Source: an uncultured Candidatus Kuenenia sp. (GTDB lineage: Bacteria; Planctomycetota; Planctomycetia; Pirellulales; UBA1268). From it: 36,276 nt of DNA. The notes beneath the pieces are model-generated. The model saw nothing but the letters and a program-made list of their open reading frames with translations, had not been told where the DNA came from and searched no databases. Below, in pieces: positions 1 to 7,508 of this stretch (positions are counted from its first letter, which is position 1; each line of letters starts with the position of its first letter). The translations under genes were made by a program, and so were the position numbers. The stretch spans positions 1 through 36,276 of the forward strand of contig CAYZFV010000204.1 in the NCBI GenBank assembly GCA_964477765.1. Reading direction: 5' to 3'.

Positions 1-2
1 AT

Positions 3-662
3 GCCGCCACCGGCGATCCGGAGATCGAGACGCGGATTCGCCAATACGAGATGGCCTATCGGATGCAGGCGAGCGTGCCCGATCTGGTCGATTTTTCAGA
101 TGAGCCCCGGCATGTGCTCGATCGCTACGGCCCCGACGTCCACACCAAAGGGAGCTTCGCCTACAACTGCCTCATCGCGCGGCGGCTGCTCGAGCGCGGC
201 ACGCGGTTTGTGCAGCTGATGCACGCCGGCTGGGATCAGCATGGCAACCTCTTCACGCAGCTCGAGCAGCAGTGCAAAGACACCGATGCCCCCACCGCCG
301 CGCTGATGAAAGATCTCAAGGAGCGGGGGTTGCTCACCGACACGCTCGTGGCCTGGGGAGGCGAGTTTGGGCGGACGCCCTTCGGCCAGGGTGATCCGGC
401 CAACCCCAAGGGCCGCGACCACTTCGGCAAGGCTTATTCATTCCTGCTGGCCGGCGGCGGCGCCAGGGCCGGCCATGTGCATGGCTCGACCGACGACTAC
501 GCCTGGAACATCACGGCCGATCCGGTTCACATCCACGACATGCAGGCCACGATCATGCACTTGGTGGGGATCGATCACACGAAGCTCACCTACCGTTATC
601 AGGGCCGCCAGTTCCGGTTGACCGACGTGCATGGGCACGTCGTAAAAGGAGTTATCGCGTAG
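3..662 (+). CDS. DUF1501 domain-containing protein (sulfatase-fold-like, PVC-typical), 5' end cut by window edge
   Basis: Frame 3 is open from the window edge, so the ATG at 51 is internal. The translation (...[20 protein letters not shown]..., [70 protein letters not shown]) matches the conserved C-terminal part of DUF1501 proteins. Confidence 0.9.
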   Translation, partial: AATGDPEIETRIRQYEMAYRMQASVPDLVDFSDEPRHVLDRYGPDVHTKGSFAYNCLIARRLLERGTRFVQLMHAGWDQHGNLFTQLEQQCKDTDAPTAALMKDLKERGLLTDTLVAWGGEFGRTPFGQGDPANPKGRDHFGKAYSFLLAGGGARAGHVHGSTDDYAWNITADPVHIHDMQATIMHLVGIDHTKLTYRYQGRQFRLTDVHGHVVKGVIA

Positions 663-1896
663 CCCCGCGGCCGGCGGTGAAGCCGCTGGCCCAGGCCCAT
701 TGGAAGTTGAAGCCGCCGATCCGGCCGTCGACGTCGAGCACCTCGCCGGCGAAGAAGAGCCCCGGGCAGATCCGGCTTTCCAGCGTGGCGAGCTTCACTT
801 CCGTGAGCGGCACGCCTCCCGCCGTGGCCTCGGCGGCCGTGAAGCCGCGGTCGCCGGTGATCTCCAGCGGCGTGGCCGTGAGCAGGTGAACGAGCTTCTT
901 GCGGGCCTCGCGCGGCAGGTCGCCCGTGTTCGGGGCGTCGGCCTGTTCGCAGAGGGTCTTCGCCAGCCGATCGGGGAGGTGCTCCCGCAGGAATGGGAGC
1001 GGCCCGCGGCCCTGTGTGGCGACGAGCAGGCGATCGACTTCTTCGGCAGGGCGTCCAGGCAGCCAGTTGAGGGCCAGCCGCACCGTCGGATCGGCCGCCT
1101 TCGCGATCAGCCAGTGCCGACTGATGTCGAGAATGCTCGGGCCCGACAGGCCGACATGGGTGCACAGCGTGCTCCCAGTGAAGGCGATGAGCCGCTTGCC
1201 GGTGGCCGCGAGCAGACTTACCTCGGTGGGCAGCGTGAGGCCGGAGAGCGTGGTGATCCAGTGGCCGGGTGGCAGCAGGAGGGGTACGAGTGCCGGCACG
1301 ATGGGCGCGGTGAGCGAGTGGCCCAGCCCTTGGGCGAGCCGGTAGCCGCCGCCGTCACTGCCCGACTTGGGGAGTGATTTGCCGCCGGTGCAGAGGACCA
1401 CGCGGCGGGCGGTGATCGGGCCGGCCGAGGTGGTCACGTGAAAGAGGCCTTCGACACGGTCAACCGCCTCGACGCGGGCCGGATGGATGAGCGTGGCCCC
1501 GGCTGCTTCTGCCTGCCGCACGAGGGCGTCGAGGACCGTGCGGGCCGAGTCGGTGACGGGAAACAGTTTGCCGGTCTCTTCCCGCTTGAGTTCGACGCCC
1601 GCGTCGCGGAAGAAGGCCACCGTGTCGTCAGCCGTGAACCGCCGGAGCACCTTGCGGATGGCGGGGGGCGTGCTGCCGGCGAAGTCGGCCTCGCCGACCT
1701 GCCAGTGGGTGACATTGCAGCGGCCACCGCCGGCGACGAGGATTTTCGCCCCGAGTTTTCTGGCGCCGTCGACCGCCACGATCTCGAGCGGTCGGCCGAG
1801 ATCACGGGCGGCGTGGCCCGCCCACGTGGCGGCGAAGAGGCCGGCGGCTCCGGCGCCGATGATGAGCACATCGCAGGAGGTGGGGAGGAGGAGCAT
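652..1896 (-). CDS. HI0933/BaiN-like NAD(P)/FAD-dependent flavoprotein
   Basis: ORF-track entry 652..2385 is over-extended. The ATG at 1896 gives [23 protein letters not shown] (GxGxxG), then GGGRCNVTH, and a C-terminal [25 protein letters not shown], which are hallmarks of the HI0933-like family. The 3' end overlaps the convergent DUF1501 gene by 11 nt. Confidence 0.85.
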   Translation of the reverse strand: MLLLPTSCDVLIIGAGAAGLFAATWAGHAARDLGRPLEIVAVDGARKLGAKILVAGGGRCNVTHWQVGEADFAGSTPPAIRKVLRRFTADDTVAFFRDAGVELKREETGKLFPVTDSARTVLDALVRQAEAAGATLIHPARVEAVDRVEGLFHVTTSAGPITARRVVLCTGGKSLPKSGSDGGGYRLAQGLGHSLTAPIVPALVPLLLPPGHWITTLSGLTLPTEVSLLAATGKRLIAFTGSTLCTHVGLSGPSILDISRHWLIAKAADPTVRLALNWLPGRPAEEVDRLLVATQGRGPLPFLREHLPDRLAKTLCEQADAPNTGDLPREARKKLVHLLTATPLEITGDRGFTAAEATAGGVPLTEVKLATLESRICPGLFFAGEVLDVDGRIGGFNFQWAWASGFTAGRGATR

Positions 1897-1903
1897 GCTT
1901 GGG

Positions 1904-1923
1904 GGACAGGTCTCCGACCTGCC
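1904..1923. other. Short hairpin (GGACAGGTC-TCC-GACCTGCC) sharing the ACAGGT/ACCTGT core with the neighbouring palindromic repeats
   Basis: Read directly. It forms a 6-8 bp stem with a 3-nt loop, 8 nt upstream of the flavoprotein start codon (minus-strand sense). Confidence 0.4.
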
Positions 1924-1948
1924 ATTGGCACGAAACCACGGGATTTGA

Positions 1949-1997
1949 GACAGGTTTGGAAACCTGTCTTCCATCATGACAGGTTTGGAAACCTGTC
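1949..1997. repeat. Two tandem copies (29-nt period) of a 20-nt palindromic unit GACAGGTTTGGAAACCTGTC
   Basis: Identical 20-mers lie at 1949-1968 and 1978-1997. Each has 9-nt arms (GACAGGTTT / AAACCTGTC) around a GG centre. Copy 2 abuts the TAG stop (1998-2000) of the FG-GAP gene. No U-tract follows in the minus-strand (transcribed) sense. Confidence 0.8.
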
Positions 1998-3257
1998 CTA
2001 CTGTTGCGTGAAGGTGAACACGCCCCGCTTGTTGGCGACGACGATGTCGGGCCGGCCGTCGGCGTTGAGGTCGGCGACGGTCACCTGCGTGCCCACGCCG
2101 CTGTCGGCATCGATCCGATGGGGCACAAACGTCGCGCCCCCTTTGCCATCCCGCTCCAGACGAAACCAGTAGAGCACCGGCGGTGCGTTGGGCTCCGCAT
2201 CGCCCTTGATGCCGTGGGCCCACCGGCGCTTGCCCGTCACGATGTCGTCGAGGCCGTCGCCGTCGATGTCGGCCATCGCCACGGCGTGCAGTTGGCTGAA
2301 CGACACGCCCGCCGGGTTGTCGCCGGGCTGGGGGTCGAGAATCACCCGCTGGGCAAAGCTGCCGTCGGGTTGCTGCTCGAACCACGCCAGGCCGTAGCCG
2401 TGGGCGTCGAGGCTCGTGATCACGTCGTTGCGGCCGTCACCGTTGACGTCGCGAACGTGCATCTGCGCGCCGCCGCGGCCGCCGGGCGGGGCGAAAGCCG
2501 CCGGATGAAACGGCCAGAGCGTGCCGGGGCTCGTGTCGGCCGGCTGCTCAAACCAGCCTTCCTTCGTGAGGATGTCGGGCCGGCCGTCGCCGTTGACGTC
2601 ACCGGCCCCCGAGCCGTGGGTGTAGCGGAAGTATTTCTTGTCGTTCTCTGCTGTTCGGGGCGTGATCGCATGAAAGCGGGCCGTGGCGAGCGGCGCGGCC
2701 CAGTCGATCTCGGCAAAGCCGAGCTGGCCTCCCTGCATGTTCTTTTCGCTCGAGTGCACGAAGAGTTCGGGCTTGCCGTCACCATTCATGTCGAGGAGAT
2801 CGGGCGACTCGCCGTCGGCCACGTCGAACACCGCATGCTTGGCCCATGGCCCCGGGGCACGGCTCTGGTCGCGGAGTTGGGGATTGACGAAGACCCGCGC
2901 CGGCTCACCCGGCAGGCCATAGACGAGGACGTCGGGCCAGCTGTCGCCAGTGAAATCGTGGGCGAAGGCGAGAAAGTAGTCGGAGTAGCCGCGGGCCGGG
3001 TCGTAGGGCGTCTTCGACGGGCCTGACGGATTGTCGGCGGGAGGCGTGAAGTCGATCCGCGTGGCGAAATCGGGCCCAAACCAGATGCCGTTGCCGGCCG
3101 TGATGTCGGCATGGCCGTCGCGGTCGAAGTCGGCCACGGCGCAGCCCTCGGCCACGAACCGCTCGGTGAGCGTCTGTTTGTGAAAGGTCACGTCGCGGGC
3201 GAGGGCCGTCGGGCCGAGGCCGAGCCCCAGCATGATCAGGCAAAGACGCAGCAGCAT
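1998..3257 (-). CDS. Secreted FG-GAP/VCBS repeat protein
   Basis: Signal peptide MLLRLCLIMLGLGLGPTALA. Repeated Ca-binding-like DxDxDG motifs are present (DFDRDGHADI, DMNGDGKPEL, DVNGDGRPDI, DVNGDGRNDV, DIDGDGLDDI, DLNADGRPDIVV), typical of FG-GAP/VCBS beta-propellers. Confidence 0.85.
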   Translation of the reverse strand: MLLRLCLIMLGLGLGPTALARDVTFHKQTLTERFVAEGCAVADFDRDGHADITAGNGIWFGPDFATRIDFTPPADNPSGPSKTPYDPARGYSDYFLAFAHDFTGDSWPDVLVYGLPGEPARVFVNPQLRDQSRAPGPWAKHAVFDVADGESPDLLDMNGDGKPELFVHSSEKNMQGGQLGFAEIDWAAPLATARFHAITPRTAENDKKYFRYTHGSGAGDVNGDGRPDILTKEGWFEQPADTSPGTLWPFHPAAFAPPGGRGGAQMHVRDVNGDGRNDVITSLDAHGYGLAWFEQQPDGSFAQRVILDPQPGDNPAGVSFSQLHAVAMADIDGDGLDDIVTGKRRWAHGIKGDAEPNAPPVLYWFRLERDGKGGATFVPHRIDADSGVGTQVTVADLNADGRPDIVVANKRGVFTFTQQ

Positions 3258-3305
3258 GAAAGACTCCTTGAATGAATGATGGAGCGAATAGATGCGGCGA
3301 TAGCG

Positions 3306-4292
3306 TCACCAGCAGTGGTGCACCAGTGGGCGAATGTGGCGGTCGTAGATGGCGGCGACCGCCTGCAACGTGTCGGCCGACAGGGCCGGTAGCTCGGCGG
3401 CTCGGGCGTTTTCCTCGATCTGCCCCGGCCGGCGGGCGCCGGGAATCACGGTGGTGACGGCGTCGAAGGAGAGAATCCACCGGAGGGCGAACTGGGCGAG
3501 CGTGGCCCCGGGCGGCACCAGCGGCCGCAGCTCTTCCACGGCAGCCAGCCCGGTCTCGTAGTCGACGCCGGAGAATGTCTCGCCCCGGTCAAACATCGCC
3601 CCCTCGCGATTGAAGGCCCGATGGTCGTCGGCGGGAAACGTCGTCGTGGCGGCGTAGCGGCCCGAAAGCATGCCACTGGCCAGCGGCACCCGGGCGATCA
3701 CCGCCACCCGCCGGCGGAGCGCCTCCCTGAAAAACAGTTCGGCAGGCCGCAGCCGGAAAGGATTGAAGATGATCTGCACCGACTGGACTCCGGGATACTC
3801 GATCGCCTTGAGGGCTTCTTCCACTCGTTCGACGCTCACGCCGTAGAAGCGAATCTTGCCGGCGGAGACGAGATCTTCGAGCGCTAAAAAAACTTCGGGC
3901 CGGTAGTAGACCTCGGTGGGTGGGCAATGCAGCTGCACGAGATCGAGCCGCTCGACGCCGAGGTTCGTGAGACTGCGATCGATGAAAGCCGTGAGGTTGG
4001 CGGCGTTGTAGCCGTCGGCCGTGTGCGGGGAGAGCCGCCGGCCGGCCTTCGTGGCGATCACAAACGGCTCCGTGCGTTCGCGTCGCAGTCGGCCGATCAG
4101 CCGTTCGGAGAGGCCGTCGCCGTAGACATCGGCCGTGTCAAAAAACGTGATCCCGGAGTCGAGGGCCGCATGGAGCGTGGCCATCGATTCGGCCTCGTCG
4201 GCGCCCCCCCACTGGCCGCCGCCGATGCCCCAGGCGCCGAAGCCGATCTCAGAAACCTGCCAGCCGGTCCGTCCGAAGGTGCGAGTGTTCAT
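3306..4292 (-). CDS. Aldo/keto reductase family oxidoreductase
   Basis: N-terminus MNTRTFGRTGWQVSEIGFGAWGIGG...LDSGITFFDTADVYGDGLSERLIG, later LDLVQLHCP and GKIRFYGVS. These are classic AKR signatures. Confidence 0.9.
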   Translation of the reverse strand: MNTRTFGRTGWQVSEIGFGAWGIGGGQWGGADEAESMATLHAALDSGITFFDTADVYGDGLSERLIGRLRRERTEPFVIATKAGRRLSPHTADGYNAANLTAFIDRSLTNLGVERLDLVQLHCPPTEVYYRPEVFLALEDLVSAGKIRFYGVSVERVEEALKAIEYPGVQSVQIIFNPFRLRPAELFFREALRRRVAVIARVPLASGMLSGRYAATTTFPADDHRAFNREGAMFDRGETFSGVDYETGLAAVEELRPLVPPGATLAQFALRWILSFDAVTTVIPGARRPGQIEENARAAELPALSADTLQAVAAIYDRHIRPLVHHCW

Positions 4293-4333
4293 GATGCGTA
4301 GTGTCGCCGAAGGGAGGGTAGACTTCCAGAATC

Positions 4334-5236
4334 ATGATCGAGGCCGCTTGTGCAACCGACTCTTCGCCGTGGTGGCACGACCGCCGGGCCTGGCCGCTGG
4401 CGGCCAGCGGCATGCTCCTGCTGAGCAGCGGCCTCGTGCATGTGGCGGTGTGGGCCGTGCTCGGTGGACCGTGGGAAGGGCCGGTGACCTGGCGGAAGCC
4501 GATCCTGTTTGGCATCTCGGGCGGCCTGACGGCGGTGTCGATGGGCTGGGTGTGGTCGAAGCTGCCGAGTCGCCGGTTGGATGTGCCCCTGTCGTGGCTC
4601 ACCACGGTCGCGCTCGTGATCGAGGTCGGTCTCATCGATCTCCAGCGGTGGCGCGGTGTGGCCAGCCATTTCAATCGCGCGACGCTCCTCGACTCGGTGC
4701 TCTACGACCTGATGGGAGCGCTCATCCTGTGGGTCACGCTCGTCTCCGCCGACCTGATGCTCCGGTCGTTTCGCCAGACGATGCCCGTTGCCCGCGACAT
4801 GAGGCTGGCGATTCGGGCGGGGCTCGTGTTTCTCGTGATCTCCTGCCTGCTTGGCATCTGGGTGAGCGTCAACGGCGAGTATCGCCTCGAACACGGGCTC
4901 GAGCCCGACCAGTTTGGCGCCGCGGGCGTGCCCAAGTTTCCTCACGGCGCGGTGATCCACGCGATCCAGTGGCTGCCCATGCTCGCGTGGGCAGCAAGGC
5001 AGGCGGGCATCGGAGAGAAACGTCGGCATCGGTTCGTGCTGTCGGCGACGGTCGGCACCGGGCTCGTGTTGCTCTACGCGCTGGTGCAAACGCTCGCCGG
5101 CCGCAGCCGGTTCGATGCGTCGTCGGCCACGGCGGCGATCCTGGCTATCGGTGTCGCCTGCCTCGCGATGCCGGCGGTTGTGACGGCATTGGCGTGGCTG
5201 GCGGCCCGGCGGTCACCACCGCCTGCTACGGCTTGA
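4334..5236 (+). CDS. Hypothetical polytopic membrane protein
   Basis: A 300-aa ORF with about 7-8 hydrophobic segments (e.g. LLLSSGLVHVAVWAVL, ILFGISGGLTAVSMGWVW, GLVFLVISCLLGIWV, ILAIGVACLAMPAVVTALAWL). I recognise no family. The start is uncertain: ATG 4334 or the internal Met at codon 27. Confidence 0.6.
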   Translation: MIEAACATDSSPWWHDRRAWPLAASGMLLLSSGLVHVAVWAVLGGPWEGPVTWRKPILFGISGGLTAVSMGWVWSKLPSRRLDVPLSWLTTVALVIEVGLIDLQRWRGVASHFNRATLLDSVLYDLMGALILWVTLVSADLMLRSFRQTMPVARDMRLAIRAGLVFLVISCLLGIWVSVNGEYRLEHGLEPDQFGAAGVPKFPHGAVIHAIQWLPMLAWAARQAGIGEKRRHRFVLSATVGTGLVLLYALVQTLAGRSRFDASSATAAILAIGVACLAMPAVVTALAWLAARRSPPPATA

Positions 5237-5268
5237 GTCGGATACACCAGCCTCGGGGAGTGAACGTG

Positions 5269-6381
5269 ATGGCTATGAGAAAAATGCAGGACGAACGCCG
5301 GCCGATGGACATCAATCGGCGGGCGTTTTTGGCTTCGACAGTGGCGACCGGTGTGGGGGTGGCGCAGGGCGTGGTTCACGCCGGGGTGGAGACTCGCCCG
5401 CGGATCCCGCTCGGGTTCGACAACTTCGCCGTGCGGGCCATGCAGTGGAATGCCCGGCAACTGGTTGATCATGCCGTTTCGCTCGGCTGCACTTCCGTCT
5501 TCATCACCGACTTCGGCCCGTTCGAGGGTCGGCTCGACGATGGTTCACTCGGCGACGTGCGTCGCTATGCCGCCGACAAGGGCGTGGCGATCGCGTTGGG
5601 ATCATGGAGCATCTGCCCGACGTCGAAGACCTTCAAGCCCGATTGGGGCACGGCAGACGAGCACCTGGCGCTCGGCATCCGCATGGCGCGAGCCCTCGGG
5701 TCGCCGGCGTTTCGCGTGATCCTCGGCAATCAGTCCGACCGGCTCACCGACGGCGGCATCGACGCCCGCATCGCCGACACCGTGGAAGTGCTCAAGGCGG
5801 GCCGCAGCCGGGCACTCGACGCCGGCGTGAAGATCGCCGTGGAGAACCATGCCGGCGACATGCAGTCGATTGAACTCAAGCAGCTCGTCGAAGCGGCGGG
5901 GCCGGAGTTTGTGGGGGGGAACTTTGACTCGGGCAACGCCTGCTGGACGCTCGAGGATCCGGTGCGGGCGCTGGCCACCCTGGCTCCGTACGTGCTCACG
6001 ACGAGCCTTCGCGACACGATGGTGTGGGAATCCCGGGAAGGCGTCACCGCCCAGTGGACGGCGATGGGAGAGGGCGGCGTCGATTTTCGAGCATTCTTCA
6101 AGCTGTTCGCCGAGCGGTGCCCGGGGGTGACGGTGCATATCGAAACGATCTCCGGCTTTCCCCGGACATTCCCGATTTACCACGAGGACTTCTGGCGGCA
6201 GTTCCCGACGGCGCGGGCGGAGGACCTGGCGGCGTTTCTCGCCCTGGCACAGCGCGGCAAGCCGATTCCTCCGTGTACGCCGCCGAAAGAAGGCAAGGCC
6301 GCGGCTGAGCAGCGGTATCAACTCGCCGAACTCGACCGCAGCATCGGCTACTGCAAAGACGTGCTCGGGCTGGGCGCGTGA
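5269..6381 (+). CDS. Tat-signal-bearing sugar phosphate isomerase/epimerase (xylose isomerase-like TIM barrel)
   Basis: ORF-track 4135..6381 is over-extended. The ATG at 5269 is preceded by GGGGAG. The N-terminus contains INRRAFLASTVATGVGVA (twin-arginine-like). The body (AVSLGCTSVFI, FRVILG, KIAVENHAGD, GGNFDSGN) resembles AP-endonuclease-2/xylose-isomerase-like TIM barrels. Confidence 0.8.
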   Translation: MAMRKMQDERRPMDINRRAFLASTVATGVGVAQGVVHAGVETRPRIPLGFDNFAVRAMQWNARQLVDHAVSLGCTSVFITDFGPFEGRLDDGSLGDVRRYAADKGVAIALGSWSICPTSKTFKPDWGTADEHLALGIRMARALGSPAFRVILGNQSDRLTDGGIDARIADTVEVLKAGRSRALDAGVKIAVENHAGDMQSIELKQLVEAAGPEFVGGNFDSGNACWTLEDPVRALATLAPYVLTTSLRDTMVWESREGVTAQWTAMGEGGVDFRAFFKLFAERCPGVTVHIETISGFPRTFPIYHEDFWRQFPTARAEDLAAFLALAQRGKPIPPCTPPKEGKAAAEQRYQLAELDRSIGYCKDVLGLGA

Positions 6382-6815
6382 TCGTCGGTCGCCACCGCCC
6401 GCCGCAGCGTGAGCCGGGCGATCACGTGGATCAGAAAGCCGACGGGCCCGGCGAGAAACGTGAGCACGAGAGCCACGGTCCGCAGCGGCCACGGGATGCC
6501 GAGCCGCACGGCGTCGCGGGCGATCCAGGCCCCCACCACCATGTCGAAGCAGAGATAATGGGTCCACGCCGCGGCGAACACCCAGTCGTCGGCAAACACG
6601 GCCCGCAGCCCGGCGATCGTCATCACATCACCCGGAGGCGGGCCGTTTTGGGTGAACTTCCAGCCGATCACCGATGCATAGCCGATGGCGAGGAGGGCGG
6701 GCACGACGATCCCGCAGAGCAGGTGCGAGACGACCCGTCGGCCAGGAAAGAGCACCAGCGCGATCCAGGCGAGAAAGGCGACGGTGTTGGTGATTTCGAA
6801 GAAGCGAGTGGCCAT
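6348..6815 (-). CDS. ABA4-like (DUF4281) membrane protein
   Basis: AAAWTHYLCFDMVVGAWIARDAVRLGIPWPLRTVALVLTFLAGPVGFLIHVI parallels the conserved ABA4/DUF4281 core. The ATG at 6815 has GGAGAG 8 nt upstream. An alternative GTG at 6845 would overlap the vapC stop (GTGA). Confidence 0.75.
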   Translation of the reverse strand: MATRFFEITNTVAFLAWIALVLFPGRRVVSHLLCGIVVPALLAIGYASVIGWKFTQNGPPPGDVMTIAGLRAVFADDWVFAAAWTHYLCFDMVVGAWIARDAVRLGIPWPLRTVALVLTFLAGPVGFLIHVIARLTLRRAVATDDHAPSPSTSLQ

Positions 6816-6841
6816 CGGGTATCTCTCCAGCGATCGGGTGT

Positions 6842-7228
6842 TCACCAGGTGGTCTGGACCGGATAGCGGGCGATGACGGGATCGTCGGTGACGATCACAA
6901 GCCCATGACAGTTGGCCTGCGCGACGAGTAGACGGTCGAAGGGATCACGATGGATGGCGGGTAGCCGATGAATCTGGCAGACCTCCGCCTCTCCGATCGG
7001 CAGCAGCTCGATTCCTGATCGTTGTCGCATCCGCGGAAGATAGCGGTCGGGCTCCTCGGGCAGCGGCAATTTTCCGAGGCCAAACTTGATTGAAATTTCC
7101 CAGGATGAGGCGGCGCTGAGCCAGACGTCGTTGTCGGCGGATGCAATCAGATCACGAGCCGTAGCGGAGAGCGATGGATCGGCCGTGATCATCCACAGAA
7201 ATGTGTGGGTGTCGAGCAGCAGTCTCAT
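6842..7228 (-). CDS. vapC: Type II toxin, PIN-domain VapC family
   Basis: MRLLLDTHTFLW... SAASSWEISIK ... DPFDRLLVAQA ... IVTDD shows the conserved acidic PIN residues. The start overlaps the antitoxin stop by 4 nt (ATGA). Confidence 0.9.
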   Translation of the reverse strand: MRLLLDTHTFLWMITADPSLSATARDLIASADNDVWLSAASSWEISIKFGLGKLPLPEEPDRYLPRMRQRSGIELLPIGEAEVCQIHRLPAIHRDPFDRLLVAQANCHGLVIVTDDPVIARYPVQTTW

Positions 7229-7473
7229 GCCGGGTTCGTAAATGCCTCGAGAATGTCATCCGGGAGTGGCTCAAAAAAGGCGTCAGGCACACAAAACTCC
7301 CCCTTGGCGGCGCCGATGCGACGCGGCGCAGTTCGCGGCTGCGGAAGGAGTCGCACCTCCGCGACCGGGCGGTGACGATTGCAGATGACCAGCCGATCAT
7401 CCCCCTTCATCTCGCTGATATGCCGCGAAAGATGGGTTTTCGCGTCGTGCATGTTGAGTCGCGTCGTTCGCAT
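7225..7473 (-). CDS. Phd/YefM-family antitoxin
   Basis: ATG at 7473 (ORF-track 7225..7692 is over-extended). MRTTRLNMHDAKTHLSRHISEMKGDDRLVICNRHRPVAEV fits the Phd/YefM N-terminal fold. The gene is translationally coupled to vapC. Confidence 0.85.
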   Translation of the reverse strand: MRTTRLNMHDAKTHLSRHISEMKGDDRLVICNRHRPVAEVRLLPQPRTAPRRIGAAKGEFCVPDAFFEPLPDDILEAFTNPA

Positions 7474-7479
7474 ACCACG

Positions 7480-7508
7480 ATAGTAGACTAGAAACTGAAC
7501 TAAGTCAA
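7480..7508 (-). promoter_or_regulatory. Sigma70-like promoter placed for a leaderless phd-vapC mRNA
   Basis: Minus-sense sequence reads TTGACT (7508-7503), a 17-nt spacer, TACTAT (7485-7480), 6 nt, then ATG (7473). The -35 hexamer contains the TGA stop of the upstream 1243-aa gene. Confidence 0.45.

Noticed and set aside
652-2385. Very long ORF-track entries that fuse real genes to upstream sequence (652..2385, 4135..6381, 18031..19458, 18407..21655, 23471..26437, 27975..29348, 32673..35255, 7225..7692, 14657..15763)
   Set aside because: The N-terminal extensions are Arg/Pro-rich nonsense that crosses intergenic regions or neighbouring genes. Internal ATG/GTG codons with SD-like motifs give family-typical N-termini or signal peptides, and I used those instead.
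6348-6381. Convergent 3'-end CDS overlaps (652-662, 6348-6381, 16384-16394)
   Set aside because: Short tail-to-tail overlaps are common in compact GC-rich genomes. The 34-nt case probably reflects a non-conserved low-complexity C-terminal tail of the ABA4-like protein rather than a functional feature.
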